DNA of 64,000 nt, taken from NCBI RefSeq assembly GCF_009914755.1, contig NC_060931.1, one strand, 5' to 3'. This stretch comes from the human T2T-CHM13v2.0 reference genome, Homo sapiens. A program made the position numbers and the translations under genes. Below the pieces are notes generated by a model. The model was not told where the DNA came from. It saw nothing but the letters and a program-made list of their open reading frames with translations, and did not search any database. Position 1 is the stretch's first letter. Each line of letters opens with the position of its first letter. This document shows positions 54,901-64,000 of this stretch, piece after piece.

Positions 54901-57044
54901 GAATTTGATTTTTTTTGTGATTCTACAAAAGGCACCACCATTCTGGGACCACATTATGTTAATTCTTGGCCTAAAGGTGTTCAGGCGTATGTTTGGACTG
55001 CATATTTAAACAATTTTTAAATTAGTTGCTGTAAATCATTAACGATTGAATTTCTTTAAATCTGTCCAATCTCAAGTCATTTTTATTTGCCATTTCCAGG
55101 GAATGTGAAATGGGACTAATTTACCTCTGATTCTTCTTTATACAGAGGATAGAAATTTTGGTCCTAGCTTTAGGGAAGAGCTCCTGTGTGATGCCCTATC
55201 TTGGGAAAAACTATGTATTTCTTTACTGTCCTATGTGATGTATGACAGTAGGAATCTGCACTCATTCATATTGCTACATGTCCGTAGGGCAAAATCAGTT
55301 TCGGTGTTTAGTTATATTTTGTCTGCTCCCTGCATTCCCATGGTTTTGACTTTATATTTCACTTTTATTTGTGAACATAACAGTGCTTCAAATTTTTTCC
55401 AGTAATATATTCAACTATATTATGAGAAAGATAAAAGTTTTGATAAAACACAAATTTCATGTTTTCCTTCTCTAATTGGCTTTTACTTAAAAATACAGGT
55501 AAAATTTATTTGTGTTTTTTGCTATTTCTGTTTTGCTATTCTCTGTTTGTCTATGTCTTCTCCACATAGACACAATTACGGAATTTTGTACACTCTTGGG
55601 CCAACTGCTTTGATAGGAACAAAATGTATTTCTCGAATTCCTAGGTATAAAACTCAAGTATCCACAATTTAAATTATTTTTCCTTCACTTCTATTATGTT
55701 TCCATTCTCAATAGAAATCGATGCCAATCCAGAAATACAAGCATTATTCTAATACTTCTCACACATTACAGGTATAGATTAAATTTTCTAGATCTCCTTA
55801 AATACTATCATTTTTCACTACTTGTATGTTAACTGTTAAGTTCAGCATTTTCTATAATATTAATATGTTGTGAAAATTCCCTTACTTTCTTATTTGCCCC
55901 AAGTTCAAGGTTTTGCAGTCTTTACATCACCCTGTGCAGCATAAACATTGTACTATGCTGTACAAATATTACATATTTCATGTGCTTAGATATTTCACAA
56001 TTTTTATTTGGTTGACAATAGCTAATGTTTTCTTCTTCATTTTCTATTTCCTGATTTTTCTTTATTTGGTATATGCTACATTATCATAAAAATAAGAACG
56101 TTTTACAAACTAAAGCAAAAGAAACCCTAGGAAAAAAATGCACAAATAAAATACATAAACATACATTTAGATGTACCATGTACACTTCTAATTTATTCAG
56201 AGTTTTAATTGTTGTACAATTTTAATTAAAGTCTTTGTATTACCTGTGATCGTCTTAGTATTTTTTATATAACAAATTGTGTAAATCAAAAAGCCTCAAT
56301 GTCATTATAAACTATCTTGGCAGAGGTTGATTTCCAAGGAATAATTTCTCTCCCAAATTATGTCAATCAGAATTTCACTCTACCGTAATTCTTTTAATCA
56401 GTTTCAGAGGAATCATAAATTTCAAAATTTCTCAAGGTAGTTGTTGTAGTTCAAGTACATTTAGACAGGTGTAATACTGTAGAAAGACTGATACAAATAT
56501 ATTATAATTGATACAAAGGTATATGGTATGTATTTTAAAATCTGGAGTTTAAAATGTCATGTCAACTTACACACGTTCTCCTTGTGAAATAATTGCTTTT
56601 TATTCTCTGGATAGAATGATTTAATCTTTAAACCTTCAATTCACTGTTAAGAACAAATTATTACATAAGGATATGCTTATAAAATTAATTCACAACTAGC
56701 TTTTCAATTCAGAAATATATGTGAAAAATCATCAAGCATCTAATGGATTTCAAGGAGAAATGGGTTAGTAATTTATTCCATATATCTCAATTTTTCCTAG
56801 ATTCAAGGCTTCCTTTAAAACAATTGTAGGCATTTAAGAAACCATGTAAACTAAAAAGAAGAAATTGTGACACTGCCGCTTAGGTTTTTTAAATCTTTGG
56901 ACATGAATCAATATACTTTTTAATTTTATCTTAATTAGACATTGTGAGTTCACTATCTTCCTGTCAGTATAGCATCCAAGCTGATTATCATAGATTACAA
57001 GTTCAACTATCAACTGTGTTCTGAGACTCTAAAAAATAAATGAA

Positions 57045-57440
57045 TGTATTTGTTTGGGTATTCTTAAAGCAGGAGTGAGGACACAGTGAAAGTGAGACAA
57101 GGAAGAGAGAACAAAATAAAACAGGAAAGATAGAAAAGCCAGTACCACACATGTTAAGAGGCAAGTTCCTGTGTTAGATATCTGGGCTTAATTCTATGGG
57201 AAGCTATGTGGAACATGCCTCAGAATTAAATCACTGAATCCAGGGAGATTCTTCTTAGTTACCCTCACCTTTTCTTCCCACTTCGTGCCCAGTATCAATC
57301 TCCCGTGCTGCTAGAGAAAGTCCTCAGCAAGAAACAGCTGCAAATTCTGGAGATGAGACCTTGTAGAGTGTTAAGAATGGTTTTCTTCCCAGCAGCTACA
57401 GGTAAGGAATAGCAGCTGGGCTATTAATACATCTGCTACA
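57045..57440 (-). mobile_element. LTR16-like ERVL solo LTR (degenerate)
   Basis: The stretch ends in CATCTGCTACA, which is TGTAGCAGATG on the - strand, an LTR16-type start. Internal motifs AAGCAGGAGTGAGG...AAGTGAGACAAGGAAG, AAAAGCCAGTA and GAACATGCCTCAGAATT match the recalled LTR16 antisense consensus. Confidence 0.65.
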
Positions 57441-59848
57441 AATCAATATAACCCTTATGCTCCTTTTGGTGATCGACAATGTATTTAAAAATATTAGATG
57501 ATCAAGAAGGGCTGCAGAAAGGAGGAAACAGAAACAAACAGCACACCTCTTGGTTTATTTTTATTCATTTCATCAGTTTCAAGGAAAATGTGATGGGAGT
57601 TCCTGGCATAGAGAGTGTCACAAAGATATGTTTTCAATAGTGGTGCTATCCCTAGGGCAGAGAAGACCCAGAGAAAGCCCAAGTGGCTGCTAGAACAAAG
57701 TCAGACACCGTGCCAGCTGTCCACACTCCTTGGCTCTGCCATCATGCTGAAGATTGGTTTAAAGAACTGGCTTCCCTCCCCGCAAAATTAAAAGAGCACA
57801 AACTGAGAAACTGAATGTGGGAGACAGCAGTGGATTATGCTGTTCTCAGGGGTCACCTCAGGTTTGGAAGCATTCTTTCAAATTAACCCATCTCAAGCCA
57901 TCTGCAGAGAAGAAAGGTGGTACCTAAGTTTTTTTCTTGTCAGCACTTGGTAGGGGTGTTTTATTGACCAAATATATTCCCACAACCTAGTTTTTTGTAA
58001 CTAACTAAATATAGTAGATTTTTAAATTTTATCATCAAAATCTATAGACAATTTTTATTAAAATAGGCTCCACATCTATGTCCTGCTTTTCTTCTTATTA
58101 ATTACATTGCTTTATGAAAGAACAAGACTTCAGAATCAAGAATATCTTGTCTCTTGGCGTTGAATTTATACAAGGTGCTCTTCCTTTAATGCTGTCTCAA
58201 AGGACATATTTTTACTTATTAAAAAGGAAGATCAGAATCTAGTTGTATGCACTGCTCCAACATATTAATAATTAAAATTAGGAGGTAAATGTGGTCATGT
58301 GGTCAAAGCTATAGAAAGACTGAGATGTCATTTATATTGATTACTGTATAGCACTCTACAAACAGATATTGTTAAATAATAGTTTATATAAATATTTTGT
58401 AACATTTCAAATGTTAGAGTGCCTGAAGTTTCTCCTCTTATATACTTCAGATTATCAATTTGAAAACTTACTCCGCTGGTTAAAAAGTTTTTAGTCTTGT
58501 TTGAGTATTATATAAAAGCATTTTCAGTTAAATGTGTTCCGCTTACATAAAACATTAAAAATTAGTGAGTAATTACATTTTCGTGTTCCTGTAATGCCTT
58601 TAGAAGATTTTCATATTATTACTTATCAATATATGTATGCTTTGTCTAAGAAAAATCAATCATATTCATCATTGAAATTGAAACTTTAAAAGTACTTATT
58701 AATTCTATTGAAAAACCACATCCATAGGAGCAATCACAGTATAATATTGTGAACATGTAAATATATATCCAATGTCTATTTTATATATAAGCATATGTGA
58801 TTGAAAATATAGTTAAGAATTTTTAAACCTAGTATTATGAAGTAAAAATTAGTTAAACTTCGGATGATTGTTAATTAAAATAAAATTATTTTGATTTGGG
58901 TGATTTTAAATGAACAAACATATTAAATTACATGACAAAAATTCTTTATAAAATGTTTACAATTCTTACATTGGTTTTATCACGTTATTCCACTATTTTA
59001 TTTTAAGATGACCTGCCTTGTTTAAAACACGGTATTCATCTTAATTTTATTGAATTCTGTTCGTGAAAAAATTAACAAATGATTTGCTCTATTATACAGT
59101 GTGGTTATAAACTGAGTCAGTATCTCAAGATTTGATCCCCATTATCGTCATCCATGGCCCTATTTGTTTGATAAATGTAGTGTCTTTTTCCATGCCTGTC
59201 ACATCTCTATTGCTCATTTATTTTTCTCCTTGTCCCTTATAGGGAGCATTGCCTATCTCTAGATTAAGCAAAAGTTGCATCTTAAAAAAGCACAATAACC
59301 TGCTCAATCTTTCTCACACAGAGAAATGTTTGTTAAGTAATTAAAGTGTAGATGATGAAACAAAGAGCTTGATTAAATGAGATGCCAAAGTAACCTTGTG
59401 ATTCAGAATATGAATGGTATTTAATGCCTTTGAAATCAATAATTGCTGAGTGACAGTAATTAATGCCAATATTTCAGAAGTTGTTCTGGTTAGTGAAATG
59501 TGTACAACATGTAAAAATTTCCAAAACCTGAAGGGCAACATTATTCTATAATTGAGAATTAAGAATTAATTCACATTAATTATTGGGGAGAAATAATTTT
59601 AAGAATTAATGACTGAGAAAACGTTTTTATTTTTTATTTAGAAAATTATTTTGTGCATGAGCATTACTGCAAGTTTTGCAAGAAACATAAGTTTATAGCA
59701 ACAATTATGTGCACAAGATGAATTTAATAACATCTTGATATTTTCCACTATTACAGTTGTATTTGGTAAATCTTTAAATGCCCATCATCTAAAGATCATA
59801 AATGAATCTTGGAAATCTTGTAGGTAAGGGTAAATATAAGGATGCATC

Positions 59849-59892
59849 CAATTACATTTACACACACATACAATTACATTTACACAAACATA
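59849..59892 (+). repeat. 22-bp tandem duplication in a CA/TA low-complexity patch
   Basis: CAATTACATTTACACACACATA is followed by CAATTACATTTACACAAACATA (1 mismatch). Confidence 0.8.
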
Positions 59893-60194
59893 AATGCACA
59901 CACGCTCACTGATACAGGTATGCATATATATATACATGAATTTACCAATTGATTTTAACTAATATTTATAAGAGCCTGTAGGATTGATATATATTGTTGA
60001 ACCTGAAAAATATTTATTATATACATGTTTAAAATACACAAAGAAATAAACAGTAATTGCACTAGGCATTTGAAATTGTACTTAAATATAAGCTGTGATC
60101 ATTACAAATTCTTACACTGAATAAATATGTTTATTTTCATAATAATATGTTTGATACATGTTTACATTTTTTAAAATGTATTATTTTTGTCATA

Positions 60195-60536
60195 GAGTCA
60201 TGTCATGTATAATAATATTTCATTCAAAGGTGGATTACATATACAAAAGTGGTCCCATGAGATTATAATACATATTTTTACATACTTTTCTATGTTTAAG
60301 TATGTTTACATACATAAACTCTTACCACTGTGTTCTTATTGCCTGCAGTATTCAGTACAGTAATGTACTACACAGGTTTGTAGCCTAGGAGAGAGAGGTT
60401 ATGCCATGTAACCTAAACGTGGTAAGCTGTACAAACTAGGTGTTTGTAATATTCTCTCTAACGTTTGCAAAATGATGAAATTGCCTATGGATGCATCTGT
60501 TAGAACGTATCGCTGTCATTCAGTGATGCGTGACTG
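60195..60536 (+). mobile_element. Tigger3a/MER7A (Golem) non-autonomous TcMar-Tigger DNA transposon, essentially full length
   Basis: The element spans ~342 bp with decayed TIRs GAGTCATG...CGTGACTG and an upstream TA target site. Diagnostic internal sequences are GTGGTCCCATGAGATTATAATAC, CAGTATTCAGTACAGTAA, CAGGTTTGTAGCCTAGGAG and AGAACGTATC. Confidence 0.9.
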
Positions 60537-61059
60537 TGCTAAAATGCTAAATCTAAGTTTCAATGACCTCCATAAAATTGTTGTACTGTGAAATACAAAT
60601 CTCTCACCCATGGCCTGAATATGTTTGCAAACTAAGCAGATCATGGGAAGGAGAATGTGCTGGCATCGCTGGGATGATTTTCTCACACTACATGAATAAT
60701 ATCTCCAGACTTGGCGAATATGAGCCACCTGCATAGAGTAAAAGTAAGCATCTCTTTGCTGGGAAATTTATCAAATGGGAGTATGAAGTGTTTTTAAAAA
60801 ATACTTGTTTGTTTGTAGACGGTAGGCCTACAGTGGCTCATGGCAATGGTTGAGGTTGCTAAGATTTGGTGGAAGAAGGCAAAATGAAATGGCCACTTAT
60901 ATGGTATACGGATCACTTGTTTCTGTTGAGTTACAGATTCAGCTGGCTATTTCTCCCAATGTTAGTTATTTGGAGAAAAGAAACATGATAGTAATTTTGG
61001 GGTAACAAATACAATATTTGATGAAAGCAAATTTATTGAGGGTTAGACAAACTACAAGA

Positions 61060-61443
61060 TAATTTAGGCTGCAAAGTCAACACAAGACTTCTGGCCCAAA
61101 TTGTGAAGAGTTTGGGTCCAGCTGCAAAGTTCAAAGGAGGAGGCCATATAAGATGATTTGCACTTTTGTCACCAAATAACTGCCAGTTCAGGGGTTTCCC
61201 CAGAACACCCTCAGTTTCAAGAATTTACTAAAAAGACTCACAGAACTCATTGAATGCCATTGTACTCATGGTTTATAATAGAGGAAAGGTAGAAATTAGG
61301 ACCCAATCAAAGGAAGACACATATCACATAAGGTGGAATCTAGGAGGATTTTGAATGTTAAGTTTCCATTGTCTTCAGGACATATTACCTGTCATTGTTG
61401 TACAGCAATAAACATGGAGTACCAACCTGGGGAGCTCACCTGA
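61060..61443 (-). mobile_element. MER21/MER77-family ERVL LTR fragment
   Basis: AACTGCCAGTTCAGGGG...CACCCTCAGTTTC...GACTCACAGAACTCA...TACTCATGGTTTAT and GGAGTACCAACCTGGGGAGCTCACCTGA match the recalled antisense of MER21C/MER77 LTRs. Confidence 0.7.
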
Positions 61444-61469
61444 TGCTAAAAAGACACTATATCGAAAAT

Positions 61470-64000
61470 GAAAAGACAAAGGAAAGGAGGAGATAAGATG
61501 ACCTTCCACATTAAGGCACTGGAAAGAATAGCAAACTAAACCTAAAGCCAGCAGAAGGAAGAAAATAAAAATTAGAGAAATTAATAATTTATAATATTAA
61601 TCATATTTGTTAGTATTAACTAATTGACATTAATTCTTGACTGACTTTTTTAAAAAGAGAAATATTCACTTCCCAATTTATTCTGTGAGGCCAGTGTTAC
61701 CTTGATACAAAAATTAGTCCAAATAGCATAGAAAAATAAAACTACTATAAGTATAAATGCAAAATTCCTTAAAAAATACTAACAAACCAGATCTAGCAAC
61801 ATATAAAAGAATTATACACTATGAGAAAGTGAAATTTATACTAGTAATCTCAGGTTGGTTTAACAGCCCAAAATCCATTAAGGTAATACATCTTATCCAT
61901 AGAATAAGAAACGAGAATTGCATGATCATGTCGAAAGATTCGGAAAAGACATTTACCAAAACCCAAAAGCTTTAATTATTAAAAGTAAAAATAAAAACTC
62001 AATGAACCAGGAATAGAGAACTTTCTACACCAGATACATGGCACCTGTGAAAAGCCAACAGCAAGCATGCAACTTAATGGTAAAGGATGCTTTCCCACTA
62101 TGGTCAGAGATAAGAATAGGGTATATACTTTGACCTCTTCTAGTGAACACTGTACTAAAGATTTTATTCAGGGCAAATCGGCAACAAAAAAAAAAGAGTC
62201 ACCCATATTGAACAGGAAGAAATAAAACTTGATTTGAAAATAACATTCTTGTATATAGAAAATTTTAAGGAATCCACTGAACGATAGAACTAGTAAATTA
62301 TTTCAGCAATATTACAGCATACAAGATAAATGTGCAAAAATCAATTGCACACATCTACAATGAAAACCCCAAAATGAAATTAAGAAAACACTTCAATTTA
62401 AAATAGCATCAAAAAAATAAATAATAATTAATTTGGAAAATGTGATACAAGATTTTACTCTGAAAATTAAAAATTATTGTTTAAAGAACGTCTAAATAAT
62501 TAGCAAACATCTTCCACCCATGAATTGGAAGATTTAATATTGTAGTACTTTACAAGTTTAACTACAGATTTGACGTAATCCCTGCAAGTATCCCAACAGA
62601 CTTCTGTCTAGAAATGGACAAGCTGATTTTAAAATACACATGGGATTATAAGGGACGCAAAATAGCCAAAATAGTCTTGATAAAAGAAAACCTATTAGGA
62701 TAATTCACACCCCTGTGCTCCAAATCTTACGGCAAAGCATCAGTAATCAAGACAACACAATACTGATGAAGGAAAAATATATAGATTGATGGAAGAGAAT
62801 TGAGAGTCCATATATAAAACTATGTGTCTCTAGTCAATGGATTCTTACAGTGGTGCCATGTGCAATTCAATGAGGAAGAGACAGTCTTTGAACAAACTGG
62901 GTCAACAATGTACACGTGGATCGCCACTTGCAAAATAGTAAATTCGAACCCTTACCCCAAAGCATACAAAAATATTAACTCAAATGAATTTAAGACATAC
63001 ATACAAGAGCTAGAATAAAGCATATGCGAAAATCTTCAGGATTTTGGATCTAGCAAAGAAATAGCTGTAACACCAAAAACATGAGCAACAAAATAAAAAT
63101 TAGATATTTAAAATTTCTTAAAAATTAAAGACATTGGTGTTTCAAAGGACAACCAAGCAAGTCAAAAGGCAGCTCAAAAATTGTGAGAAAATATTTGAGA
63201 AACACATATCTATATGTCTGCATATATATGTATCTTCAATGTAGAAATATTGTTTTAACTCGGTAACAAAAATCCCAACTCAAAACTGATAAATGATAGG
63301 AATAGATGTGTATCCCAAGAAGATACACGAACGGTCAATAATCCCATAAAAAATACTCAACAGCATCACTCATCAGGCAACTACAAATCAAAACCACAGT
63401 TAGATACTCTATGGCTAGAACTGGCCTCTTTGGAAAACAGGTTGATGGCTTCTAAATACATTAAACATAGAATTGTCATATGACCCAGAAATTTATTCCC
63501 AGGTATACCCTCTGAGTATTGGAAAGAGGTGTTCAAACACAAATTGTACACCAGTATTTTAAAAGCAGTATTTAAAGTAGCCAAAGGCTGAACACAACTC
63601 AAATGTCAATAAAAATATTATTGGATAAACAAAATGTTATATCCATGAAATTGAATGTTATACAGTTATAAAAAGAAATAAAGTACCAATACACATATGA
63701 ACCTTGATAGCATTATGCCAATTGAAAGAATCCAGGCACATAAAGTCCACCTATTGTATGATTCTATTTAGATGAAAATAAAATAGGAAGATCTACAGAG
63801 ACATAAAACACATTTGTGGTTGCTTAGGATTGAGCAGGGAATGAGTGCATAGGAGGTTAACAGCTAGAGAAGGTGGGGTTTCTTTTTGAAGTGATGAAAA
63901 TGCTCTAAAATTCATTGTGATGATGGCTCCACTTATCTATGTATATACTAAAAGCCATTGACTTGTAGACATTAATATGTGCACTCTACAGTATGTAAAT
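61470..64000 (+). mobile_element. Decayed, 5'-truncated LINE-1 (L1MB-like): ORF2 remnant plus 3' UTR, running off the right edge
   Basis: ORF 61757-61975 (YKRIIHYEKVKFILVISGWFNSPKSIKVIHLIHRIRNENCMIMSKDSEKTFTKTQ) corresponds to the L1 ORF2 RT segment [52 protein letters not shown]. The FADD site is decayed to TTTGAAAATAAC (FENN, ~62233). There are many stops and frameshifts. The 3' end GGGGTTTCTTTTTGAAGTGATGAAAATGCTCTAAAATTCATTGTGATGATGG is L1MB/L1ME1-type. Confidence 0.9.

Larger units (their letters stand above)
54585..64000. other. AT-rich non-satellite flank, intron/intergenic-like, containing old mammalian TEs
   Basis: Pentamer periodicity is lost abruptly after ...GATGATGATT (54584). 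The DNA is very AT-rich and CpG-poor, has no long ORFs and carries several ancient TE fragments. Confidence 0.85.

Noticed and set aside
57550-57670. Possible L2 3'-end fragment (TTTATTCATTTCATC...CCTGGCATAG)
   Set aside because: The similarity is too weak to call by eye and needs a Dfam search.
54636-60734. Short ORFs in the unique flank (54636, 54824, 57494, 59341, 60516)
   Set aside because: They are 61-72 aa, have the composition expected from AT-rich DNA, show no recognisable homology, and lack convincing exon structure.
61757-63602. L1-derived ORFs as an active reverse transcriptase
   Set aside because: They are fragmented by stops, frameshifts and deletions, the catalytic FADD is lost, and there is no ORF1 or promoter.
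1-64000. Assignment to a specific chromosome or species
   Set aside because: Similar HSat3/HSat2 edge arrays exist on several human chromosomes and in great apes. This cannot be resolved without alignment.

Overview
This is primate (most likely human) pericentromeric heterochromatin at the edge of a classical satellite array. No protein-coding or RNA gene is supported. Three satellite layers follow each other, all with the CATTC strand on +. (1) 1-~21.0 kb is HSat3 (ATTCC)n punctuated by the ACTCGGGTTG decamer, with young nested duplications. (2) ~21.0-41.1 kb is a diverged HSat3 lacking that decamer, with a degenerate ~0.8-1 kb unit and remnants of a ~3-3.5 kb higher-order period. (3) ~41.1-54.6 kb is diverged HSat2/HSATII (CATTCG plus ATG). 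An abrupt switch follows to AT-rich non-satellite DNA carrying old TEs: LTR16-like, Tigger3a/MER7A, MER21/MER77-like, and a decayed L1MB-like ORF2 plus 3' end. The satellite ORFs in the track (MEWNG/IPFHS repeats) are artefacts of a stop-free pentamer. The most unusual signal is a 57-bp cluster of three perfect, adjacent or overlapping inverted repeats (21031-21087) right at the layer 1/layer 2 junction, resembling a templated-insertion repair scar. I found no evidence for a new gene system. Subfamily names, TE calls and coordinates come from reading by eye and from recalled consensus sequences, not from alignments.
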